Shown piece after piece: positions 46,852 to 58,747 of a stretch of 64,000 nt of DNA (the stretch's first letter is position 1; every line of letters starts with the position of its first letter). The DNA is from the human T2T-CHM13v2.0 reference genome, Homo sapiens. The stretch is taken from NCBI RefSeq assembly GCF_009914755.1, contig NC_060930.1, one strand, 5' to 3'. The translations under genes were made by a program, and so were the position numbers. The notes below the pieces were generated by a model. That model had not been told where the DNA came from, made no database searches, and saw nothing but the letters and a program-made list of their open reading frames with translations.

Positions 46852-49350
46852 AATACCTACTGAAATCTAAGACCCAAGTACATTAAATGACATTTCGCTA
46901 ATAGATCAGTCAGTTGATCATTCAAGTCCTGTGTTATCTCCAGTCACCTTTAGTGCTTTCTTGCAGACACTTCAACGTAAAGCCTGCTATTCTTTCATAC
47001 ATATGGCTCTTTCCGCCCTCGTGCTCAGGTTTACAGCAGTGCTTTCTGCTTGTCTGTTACTCTTGGCTTTGGTGCCTTGTGTGGTGTCCCAATATTTACT
47101 CATCCTCCCAGCCCTCTTATTTGAACTAAAATAAATGTCATTGGTTTTATCACAGCTCTTCCCATTTACTGTTTTTCCAATATATCACATTTCAAAGTTT
47201 AAAAATCTGTAGTATTTTAAATAATACATAAATAATATTTTATTAGGAATTCTGGGTCACTGTGCAAATAAGACTGGCTTACTGAAGTCCAGATGTAAAA
47301 GATATGTGACTATCAGCCAGATAACACAGCTTGTCTAGTCATAAGTCACTGGCCAAGTGGCTGCATCATGTACGAGACAAATAGCTCTCTAGAAGAGGTG
47401 ACCCCAAATCACAGCTTACCAATTTCTCGAAAGTACTGAACTTCAGTGATATGCATCGAAGCATACAGAAGGATCAAATTTATTCCTTTTTGCTTTCTCC
47501 TGTTATAAAGTCTATCGTCATAGCACTCTTACTAGAATAGCGCCTGTGTTATTTCCATTTTTAACTTTATGGCTCATGCAGAGACTTTCTTATTCTAATA
47601 TTTAACAGATGTCATGGGGCACAAGATCCCAGAAAAGATACTAATATTAGAAATTAGAGTATTTCATTATTATGGCAAATAATTTCACAGTCATCAACTA
47701 TTTAGAAGCAATATGGTTGGTAAAATATGAACTGATCATAGAAATTTTTCTTTAAACCTTTATTAGGCTGTAAATGAAAATCAAACTATTCTAAAACAAA
47801 CGATTATCTTAGTTAAAAACACTAGAGCAAAACCCATATGCTGACAGCATCAATGAGAAATTTCCAGCTATACCATGCATTCTTGGGATGACTGTTAACT
47901 ACTGGGAAGGAAAGAAATTGTAGATCCCTATCTTAAATAATATAACAAGATACATTCCAAACAAGTCAATAAATCAAATGGAAAGTAATCAAGAAGAAAC
48001 TAAAGAAAATATAGGCAAATATATTTACTCTCAAGATGGGAAAGAACTTCTCAAATACAATATGAAAAGCAGACACCGAACAGGAATGACTAACAGCTGT
48101 GACTCCATATATGGGAAAATTCCATGAACAGTGGTAAAATGCGACAAAAACTTCAAAATACACCTGCAGTAAACACGATAGGTATTCAGGATCCATTTCT
48201 AATCAAGAGGGAAAAGTGACCATGCCATCAGAAAACCTAGCCAGGGACATAAGTGGAGGCAATGGCCATTCATTCAGCCTCTTTGTTGTGCTGGTACCCT
48301 CTGTGAGCTGTGGACTTGTCTAAATTTTGTATAAATCAATTTTAAATAAAGTAGGGAAATTTGAGAACTTATCAAAAACCACCATCCTGTGGACTTTTTT
48401 AAACATTTGTTAAACTTATCTGTATCATAATTATTTATTTGCCCACAACTAACTTCCTTGTTATGCCATTAGAAGATGAGACAGTTAACGAAAGCCATAC
48501 TCTCAGAAATATATGACACCACACATACACATGTGCAAAACTAGCGAGGCACAAGACCTCTCAAAACATTCAAAAGCAAAATAAATTATGTAGTATGACC
48601 TGAAAAGAGGATAATTAATGTCAATTTATGTTGAGACAAAACATAAAATGTACTAAAATACTAAGCATTATTTGTCAGAAAAAAATGAACCTGAATTAAA
48701 ATCTATAATGTAACTCTCCAAAAATATCTTTGTTTAGCCAATGACAAAATATTTTCTGCTTGTTAAAAATAAAACAATTCAAATTCATCCACCCCCTCTA
48801 TTTCAAGTCAGAAAAGAAAGCCTATTTACTGCAACGGCAGCTGTAGAAAGGAGTCGTGGCCAAGGTAGTATGAATTCTTTCAGTCCACAGAGATTTCCTA
48901 ACCTTGGTCTTACTCCATCTAAATGGAGAAGGTTTCAAGTGGTTCTAGCTTCTGTCCTCTGAGCACTAAGTCCCTCCAGTCCACAAGGCAGCCAGACCCT
49001 CAGGATTCCTCACTGTGGCTTTTAGCCTTGGGAACAAAATCAGTGGTTAGAGTTGGCCGTCAAACTCAGATTAAGAGTATAAACTCTTTTAGAGTCTACT
49101 TTTCTGAGTGTCTTAGCAAGTGAAGGCTCATTTGAGTAGATGATTATTCAGGGTAAACAGTTTTTCTTTTTCTAGTTCTCAATCTTGTAAGATAAATTTC
49201 TGAAGTTTCTATATTAATCACCAGATCTGCCTGGAATAACCCATTCCCTTAACATAATATATGATGACATGCTTTCCATTTATGTATGATTTTATGCCCA
49301 CCTTAAACTATTTGGCTTTAGCAATTACAATTTACTTTAATAATTCATAC

Positions 49351-49431
49351 CTGGCCTTGGGGGACTTCATCCTTCTTGTCTCTGTCCATCATAGGAATAG
49401 GCTGTATTCCCAATTTCTTCATTTCATCACC
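49351..49431 (-). CDS. PDE10A: PDE10A coding exon (81 nt) ending in the invariant catalytic-pocket Gln
   Basis: tcttag|GGT GAT GAA... giving GDEMKKLGIQPIPMMDRDKKDEVPQGQ, then |gtatga. Phase 0-0. Confidence 0.96.
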
Positions 49432-49923
49432 CTAAGATGAATGGGGAGAAAATCATGCTTTCTCAAATTTCAAATTGCTATACTATTTTGATATTATTGA
49501 ATTATTCCCTTTATTCCTTAATTTTCTTCAAAACAAATAATGTTTGTGGTTGTTAACCCAAGAAAAGTACATCAAAATAAAGAAAAACTTAATGTATCAT
49601 TATTTTGTACTTTATCCTGATTTTCTCCACTACTGAATTACCAGAAACCCAGCCATTATTACTGGTTTCATTTTGCAGAAGTTAGTAAATAAATGTTATA
49701 ATAAGAGGAGATACAGTAAACAGTGAGGAGAAATAACAATAACAAGATATGGAATAACCTCCAGGCCCTTCTCTCTTCCAAATGATCTTCCAAGTGCATG
49801 GAACTCAGTGAAGTTTGGCTTTCCAGAGGAATATTTACAGAGGAAGATAAACATCACCAGTCGACTAAAATGTGCTAGTAAAGACGCAGTACAACAAACT
49901 ACACATATCATCTAATTTACAAT

Positions 49924-50170
49924 TATAGGTAATACTTACTAAAGATTAACTATGTTAGTTACTGAAGGTTCACGTACAGTTACAGGTAATAGTTACTAAA
50001 GATTCACTATGTTAGTTACTAAAGATTCACTTACAGGTAATAGTTACTAAAGATTCACTATGTTAGTTACTAAAGATTCACTTACAGGTAATAGTTACTA
50101 AAGATTCACTATGTTAGTTACTAAAGATTCACTTACAGTTACAGGTAATAGTTACTAAAGATTCACTATG
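49924..50170. repeat. 51-bp dimeric AT-rich minisatellite (about 4.6 copies)
   Basis: 19-bp core tagttactaaagattcact alternates with spacers tacaggtaa and atgt. Units start at 49981, 50032 and 50083. Confidence 0.92.
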
Positions 50171-51559
50171 ATGCAGGCCCTGAGCTAAGTAATTTGTAAA
50201 TATTATTTCATTTAATCCTTATGAAATATTCTAGGATATGCTGTTCCCATTTTAAAGATTTTAGAAATTATCTTGCTTTTTATTTATTTGTTAAAGGTAA
50301 AACTTGTACAATCTTCTTAAGATTTCCTAGTATTTTTCCTAACTTCCCACTCTTCCCTCATAGTTTTTATTATTTTAGTAACGTTGGTCATGTTTTTAGA
50401 AATCAGAAGTACAGCCTAGAAACTTCCCAGACTTGCTAAAATAGGGTCTACAAACAAACTACTATCACCATAATTAGGTATTTTTATGTACAGGACCAAA
50501 GCACTTGTCCTGACAAAGCAAAGCCACTTCAAGCATGGCTGCTGTTCCATTGTTACCACTTTAAATTTAAAATCAGTGGTCTCAAACCTTTTGCTTCTCT
50601 ATCCAAAGTGAGTGAGACATACTAAGTCCCTTGCTCTCAAAGACTTGACAAGTCCAACAAGGAAACAGCTTTTTAAACAAACGATGATTTGAATATGTAC
50701 TCGAAACAAAAATGCTAAAAAGGAAAAGAACCCAGTGCTACAGACCATGGCTCTAACAGAGGGCTGAGCCAATCTGAGGCTTTCACAGAATACAGAGGGC
50801 AGGAGCATGCTCCAGGCAGAGACTGCAGGGAACAAAGACCTAAATGGCAGCTAGGGGCTGAGATGGGGAATATGCCTGCACAGACAGTGGGCAGGGGGCC
50901 AGCCATGTGGGGCTCTCCACACGGAGGTCATGATTTTGGTCTGTATTACAACAAGAGGATCAGAAGCAGGGTACGGATGGAATCCGAATTATTATCATCC
51001 CTATCTCATAAACTGGCCTGAGGTTAAATACCAAGTGCCAAAGCGGAATTTTAATTTCAAGCAACCTGGCACCAAAGACCACATTATTAATTACTTTTGC
51101 ACAAATTCTAAAAGGTAATGGCAAGGAATTCAGTTAGAAAGTTGCAGTACTCAAGGCATGAGTTGGTGATGACCTGAAGAGGGGAAAGATTGTGAGGATG
51201 GAGAGAAGAGACAGGACTTTATAGATACTGGGAACAACTGTCAGGACTTGGTGAATATATTCCTGCTTCTTCCTGTGGACTATTGAGGTTGGTGAAGGCT
51301 GCACCTAAGAGCATGCAGAGAGCTGAATCATTATCTGTGGACTGAATAACCAGTGAATAATATAAAGGAAAAACATCTCCATTACATATTGGTCACATTT
51401 TGGCATTAAATTCTCCAGCTTTTAATCCTGCACCTTCCTTTTACTTTAAGTTGTCATTTAATGACTGCACATTTTCTACATTTGTCTAGAATATAGAAAT
51501 CATATTACAGTCTATAGTTATGCCTTTCTCATAGCAATCCTGTACCTGAACAAAACGTG

Positions 51560-52394
51560 CATTTTTAGTATGAGATAAAAAGATATTTCACAAACAGTGC
51601 AAGGTTTTTGCTCCTGTTGTCATAGCTGCAGTGATGGCTTCATGAATTTCCTTTTCTTTTTTTGCAACGATCCTTACACGGGATTCATTTATGTTAACAT
51701 GGCGGCAACCACAGCTGCAGACTTCAGTCTAGGGAACGTATCAAGCAACTCAACTTTTTCTTGTCATGTCATGACTTTTCTCTGCTTCTTGGGAGCACTT
51801 CCAGCATCCTAGTGTAACTCTGTATAGGTGCTATGGTGTTACGGAGGACTTAGGTATTGCACTAAACACAATGAAAACTATGCAAGAACCACGAGAGATC
51901 ACTTTTTACTGTGATACACAATTTACTGGAGAGACGAATAGCTCAGAGACAATTAGCATCACAGAGCATTTTAAACACAGCATTTTAAGTGGATACTTGT
52001 AACACTTGAGCTCACCGTAACAGCAAAAGAAGGTTGCTGCAAAATTATTACAGTACTGCCGTATGTACTATGGTTAACTTTACGCAGTTACAATTTAACA
52101 CGGCATCTGTTTGTTTACATTTCTCTCCAGTCTATAAGTGTGTATATAAGTTTTGATAAATTTTAACTTATCATAGATTTTTGTATATTTTATGGTAGTA
52201 AATGATAAAATCGACTAGTATCTACATATATTTTATGCACTTATGGCATACTTAAATTTTTTATATTTCTAGGATATGTTGTTCTGTATTTTTGTCATAG
52301 ATCTCCAAAAAAATCTTTCAATATATTTATTGAAAAATATCTACATATAAGTGGATCCACACAGTTCAAACCCGTGTTGTTCAAGGGTCAACTG
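51560..52394 (-). mobile_element. Tigger2 / Tigger2b-like DNA transposon fragment
   Basis: One TIR end, ...acagttcaaacccgtgttgttcaagggtcaactg, plus a decayed transposase N-terminal region on the minus strand. Left boundary approximate. Confidence 0.8.
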
Positions 52395-53454
52395 TGCATT
52401 GAAATCAATCTTCCTACTTGAGTCTGATGGTAACTAGGTTCTGACACATACACAATAAAATAAAGAAAAAGCTCATGCGAGACCACGCATATGCGATGTG
52501 TAAAGCATTCTGGAGAAATCATGCCGGGAGTATAATCAACTCAAGGTCTGTGATCCTCATACAGTAAACATACTTTGGCTTTATTATTATGAAATAATTC
52601 AACATGATAAACCTTTCCCACTAAACTTGTGGCTGAATGATTTGCTGTTTATGTTTTACATACATTCTTCTGTATGAATGAGATATACGATTGAATTATC
52701 AGCTGCTTTGTCCTCCAAATTTACTTTTATTTATTCAAACCAGAAGAGGTACTCAAAAGATTTACAGCTTTCTTCATAGAGTAGTTTTTGAATATGCAAA
52801 GGCCTAGGTATCCGTGACTCATTTGGATGGGAGAATGATATTCTACTTACTTACATACAATTCCATCAGCAAATTGAGCAGTACAATGCACATCACTGAT
52901 AAATTAGATAAGTCAGTCAAGAAAAGGCGTTAATAAAAGTCATTTACGTGTTGTTTCAGGAGTATTATGAATGAATATTCCACACATTCTGCAGAACACA
53001 TAATTTGCAGGTGAGCTATTGGTTATATTTACATATTCTCAATGTCTATGGTGCAAAACAATTATTCTCCTGAATTTTTAACTGCAGGTGGATATATCCT
53101 GTATTATGGGACCCTCTGAGTACTTTGTCCAGTGCCTATCTAAAGTAGATGGCCAGTAATGTTTATTGAATGAATGAACAAAAGATCAGCTGTTAAGTAA
53201 GATAACTGTTATACTACTGTTCAGTGAGTAAGTTCCTAAACTCTTTCAGTTGAGCTCAGAGAATTAGACACACATGTAAGTAATATGTAAAAGAATGATC
53301 ATTCTCTCTTTGTATCTGCATAAGTGCTAAATCCTTCAGTATGTGACTCACCACAGTTCTCTGAAATAACTATCAACATGAACAACTAAAGTATTCTTAG
53401 CAATTGATCCATACGTTTTATTTCTCCTCACTATCTATGTCAATATAAGAATCA

Positions 53455-53664
<210 letters not shown>

Positions 53665-55787
53665 TTAAGTATGTATTACTTCATTAAAGAGCACACAGAA
53701 GTGACAGCCAGGACAGTAAAATGGAATTAAAAATTAGTGTCATTTTCATCATAAGAACAAGAGTCACTTCTATCACAAGTCCCGTGAGGAGTGCATCATA
53801 TGTTCCTGTTGCCTCAATGCTACTGAAGAAATCAAATATAATGTAGGCTCTGACTAGGCTGCCATCTAAATCCCCTGGTACACTTTTATGGCTATGGATC
53901 AGGCTTTCATTTTCATTGAATTTTGGAAATTTAGAGTGGGAAGACGTCTTAAGAGAAAATCTATCCCAATCCTTTCATTTTATATTAGCAAAGTCTGAGG
54001 TGCACAGAAATGAAATGACTTTTCTAAAGGGACAGGAATTTGTGGCAAGGCCAGAGGAGGAGGTAGCTGTGCAACCTGGTTCCTCACTCTCCCCGTGCAA
54101 GTGTGTGAGCTGGATGCAGCCTCCAAACACTGTGCTTCTCATTAGCAGATATTTCTTTTCAACACCAGCCTTTCAACCAAAATGACTTTTCCCTTTTCAG
54201 CTGCTTGCATTCATAACTAGGTGCTCCATGTCTGACTTTATTTTCTAAATATGGCTTGGTTTAATCTTTCCTCTTGAAGAAAAATAATAACTTAAAAAAA
54301 ATCAAAGACATATCCCCTGCAATTTGAATAGATTTGGTCTTGTGATATGTGGCTACCCTAAGTGAAGTCTCTACTTAACAGAATAATTAAGTGGTAGTAA
54401 TTAAGACAGTTTAATGTACAACTTTAGCTTTTGTAAAGCAAATTATATAATTTTAAAAGACAAATTATCAACAAGGATATAAAAGTGTGTAATGAGTGAG
54501 ACGATGCTCTTACTTCTAGCTCCTATCTCAATTCGAATGAGTTTAAGCAATCCCCTGCTGTTAACCACTGCCTTACCTCTTCTAGGTCCACATTCTCCAA
54601 CTGCGGGCACAGTCCTGCCCTAGCTCCCGAGCCTGTCTTGACCCAGGCAGACAGCACATTAGGAGCATCCATCTGTCAATCTGGCAGAGACTCTGCTCTA
54701 GTAGTGCTCTTAGCACATCTTAGCTCAAGCTAAGATGTTTGGATACCTGGAATACCCTGATTCTTATGATACCATCGATCACAGAGTTCTTTATTTCCTG
54801 TCAGCTCGCTTCCTTTAGCCCATTTAAGGAATCATCAGTTTTACTACCTTGCTTTTTGTAAGGGCACATTTCAAGAGGGTATCAGGTCTCTTACAGGTTA
54901 GACTAAATCACTTTACAAACATTGGTTAGATTTATGCATACCCTTCCTGTAACCCCAAACAGATGCTATGTGAAGATCCAAATCCCTTACAAGTGGTCAG
55001 GGAAACTATAAGATTTTCTTAATGAGGTCGTTTCTAAGAACTTTGTGTCTTGAAGATATTTATTTTTGGATTTGAACTTCTAACGTAATGAATATATGAC
55101 CTTTTTTTTCAACAGGTAAATTCATTTAAACACAAATCGAATGTGAAAAACTACCATTTACAAATATTTCATATGTTTAAAATAATTCAATCTTATTAAT
55201 TTATATTCACCAAAATAACGTATATCATGGTGAAATAATCTAATAAGGTGTATCTCAAAAAACTTTCATAAATCTGTAAAACAAAAGAAATGTCAATAGA
55301 ATTGGGCATTATAAAACACATGAAAGCAATTTTCTTGCTGGAAATTATTCCCAACATAAAGTTGCCAATATAAGGACTGAAAAGATTATAAAACAGTTAT
55401 TTAGATTTCACTGTCAAAATTACTTAGACAAAGCACAAAAAATAAAACAGATTAGAAATTTGGCATCAAATGTCTTTAGTAAATGTAAGTACTCATTTTT
55501 TTACTCCCAATTCCAAACCAGTTAGATGGCCATGGCTATACAGAAATATTAATTGGGATCAACATTTTATTTCTATCCATGAATGGAATGTAGAACTGAC
55601 TGCTAACTGAGGTAGATCCTTAACTCCAAATATGCTTTAATAACCAATTGTGAAAGGATCATGTTCATGCTAAGCCTACTCTTGGTTTGAGATCATATAA
55701 CCTAGTCGCTAAAAACAATCAAGGAGGAGCCCAACACAATGCCTATGATAAAACGATTCTTAATCACATAATTTCAGAAGGTTTAAC

Positions 55788-56420
55788 TACATTCATTTAT
55801 CCTCAAAAGTTGTGAATGCCTGCATGTATCTGGCAGTTACAGCAAAGAACCAAATAGACCCTTTTCTCAGAGTAATAATGTCCTAATAGGGCAAGGCAGA
55901 CAGTCAACAGGTCAAAACTTTCATGAAGCAAGTGCTGGGTAAAAATCAATAAATCAATAAATCAATAAAGAGAGGCTACCACGTGAAGATCTGGGAGGAA
56001 GGTCCAGCAGAGAGGAGTGCACGTGAAGTCCTAATGTGGAAACAAGCAAGGCAGGTTTGAGGAACAAAAAGAAATGCCATTATGGCTGCGACACAGTGAA
56101 TGAAGTGAAACATGGAACGTAGTTAAGTTTGGAGAAACAGGCTGGAGACAAGATAGGAGTTTAACTTTTATTCCAAGTTTGATGGTAAAATCTTGGTGTC
56201 TTTTCCCAGAGGAGTGGCCTGATACAGGTATTAAAGAGGATCACTCAGGTCTGCTGGGTGGAGATGACTCATAGACCTGTGAAGGGGCAAGGGCAGGTTC
56301 GGAGTGATCACTTAGGAGAACCCTACAGTAGTTCAGATGAGAGGTGAGGGCAGCTTGAAGTATGGTGACAGTAGTGGGACAGGGGGAGTAGGAGGATTCC
56401 AGACATTAGAGGTAGAGCCA
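55788..56420 (-). mobile_element. L2 fragment
   Basis: cattcatttat...gcctgcatgtatctggca; aaagaggatcactc...gtagttcagatgagaggtga. Confidence 0.55.
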
Positions 56421-58067
56421 AATGCAAATTATTAACACCCATAAGAGTTATAAAGACAAGGCATTTCTCTCTCCCGTCTTCGTTTCCTTTTCCCTCCTTT
56501 CTCCCCGACTGCCATGTATTAATTATCCCAGATCAAGTGGAGCAGATAAAGAGCACAGGCTCTATCACAGGGGTGCAGATATTCCAACCTCAAAGAGGCG
56601 GGCACCTCTCCGCAGCGTGCATGTTTGCCTGCTAAGTGCCATCCTATTTCAAGATTTTCTTCCCACATCAGAAGATCATGGAATCACAGAACTTTACCAA
56701 AGGAAGGCAAAATAGACCACACAGCCTGCAGTAGTACTTCAGATGAGTTACTGATGGGCAAGAAGGAAGCCCAGCCCTCCCACACTGCCCACAATCCCAC
56801 GCCACACACTCTGTAAACCTGGCCAGCCAAGGATATACTATTTTGTTGGAAAAGAAGAAACACCCATTCTCTAATTTTATAATGATTATTTGAAATTTCT
56901 TTTGAATTTCTGTATTCAAAAGTATACTGATGTATAAGCAAAGACCAGAATTCTGTTATGAGGTAGTCTTAATTATTACTGTGAGAGTGGTTAAGTGTTA
57001 TCAAGCGGTTAACTAAAAAGCAAAGGTGGGGGATGTACAGTGGATGTTTTGTTTAGAAGCTGTCATCTAGCCTCATTTTAATTATTTTACTTTAAAATAA
57101 AGTAACACATAGAATTTGAAAAGAAACTAGGTTCAATTCTTTTTTTCTCTAAATTATCACCTTAATGCTTTTTTTTTTATCTTGCTTTTAAACTCATTTT
57201 CAAGGGATTTTAAATCATTGGGTTGAGTAATTTAAATCATATCTGTAATAACTACTATACCTTCATCAAAATGTGACCTATTTTGAGTAATTTAGTAAAC
57301 ATTAAACTAGCCTAAGAATAATACAGTTTTTCTGAAAGTATTATTTGAACAGCTGCATACTCAAAATCATAGAAAATATTTTAAAATCTTACTGTTTCCA
57401 ATAACATAAATAACTTTCATATAAGTATAAACATGATATAGTAATTATCTCACTAAAATATACTTTAAATTTAAGTTCTAAAATCTTAATAAAACCCTAA
57501 ATGTTACTTCTTTTAAAAATACATTTTTTCCATCACAGAAATAAGTTGCTTCTTTTAAAAATACATTTTTCTCCATTACAGAGAGAAAAATAAATTATAA
57601 ACGAATGGAAAATGAATCTTAGGTAAATGACTACCACAGAGGGAACTGCTGTTATTAAAGTTAATACCAGAGTATTATTCCTAGAGTTAACAACCTTTAC
57701 ATGGTCTCACAGAGTACCATACATAACTTTAATCCAAATGGGAACATTAGTGATCTTGCTTTAGAATTTCAGTTCCCCACATTTCAGGTTCTTCAGTTGA
57801 GACATCAAACATTCCTGGCAGAGGGAGGCCTTTATGCACTTACAGTCCTACAGCAGGTAAAGGCTGGAGGCTGCTGCCACATTTGGGAAATGCTAAAGAA
57901 ACTACATTATGGCATATATATATATAAAAAACAGGTAACACATCACATAGACACATTTGTTGTTCTTCAAAGCACACAGCAATAGCTATGTAAAAATATA
58001 GAACTTTTCAAGTTCTATTTCTGAATTATTTGAAGAATTAACAAAGAATTGTTAAAGTGTTTAATAT

Positions 58068-58123
58068 TGTACCCTTTCTTTGACGTGCACGTACCTGTAC
58101 CCTTTCTTTGACATGCACGTACA
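58068..58123. repeat. 28-bp tandem duplication
   Basis: tgtaccctttctttgacgtgcacgtacc / tgtaccctttctttgacatgcacgtaca. Confidence 0.9.
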
Positions 58124-58747
58124 TCTAAATTAAGAAAAGACTTCAAGGGAAGTGGAGCAAAGGGATTGCTTTTGAAGGGTACAAATATTATCTGGGACTA
58201 AGAGAATAAACATTTTCATTTTAGAAAGATAACAAAAATAAGAGAAATTATGATTTTTAAGCTGCCATTTCAAATTATGAAATTAGTTTATCTTTACAAT
58301 TTGTGTTTACGAAAGGCAGTTCTTGCATGAAATACATGAAAGTAAAAATTTTAAAAACTACCAGCAACTTCCATATTTGTCATCTTAATACTTAAAAGGA
58401 TACTTTTATCTGATATCATAGCTTAAAACGCACCATGGTCTTTTCTGAATTTGCTGAAATGGTTCTTAGTTAAGACTATACCTGGTTCTATTTAGCCATA
58501 ATGGGACCATGCTTGCTAATTTCAACAAAAAACAATAATTCTACTTTTGCCTACCCTTGGCTTGAGTTCAGAGCTGGTTTCCAGACATGACATTTGTTTT
58601 TAGTTGTAGTCAGGAAAAGTGCTTTGAAGGGAAATTTCAGTGCAGAAATCAAGCAGTTCACAGATGATTGGTGGCCCTGCATTACGTTTCCTCTCTCTCT
58701 CTTTTCTGTTCCTAGCAAATCCTTTCATAAGCTAGAATTAAACTGTC

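Noticed and set aside
49924-50170. CRISPR-like repeat-spacer array
   Set aside because: The spacers are only 4-15 nt and are themselves repeated, there are no cas genes, and the DNA is a human intron. It is a minisatellite.
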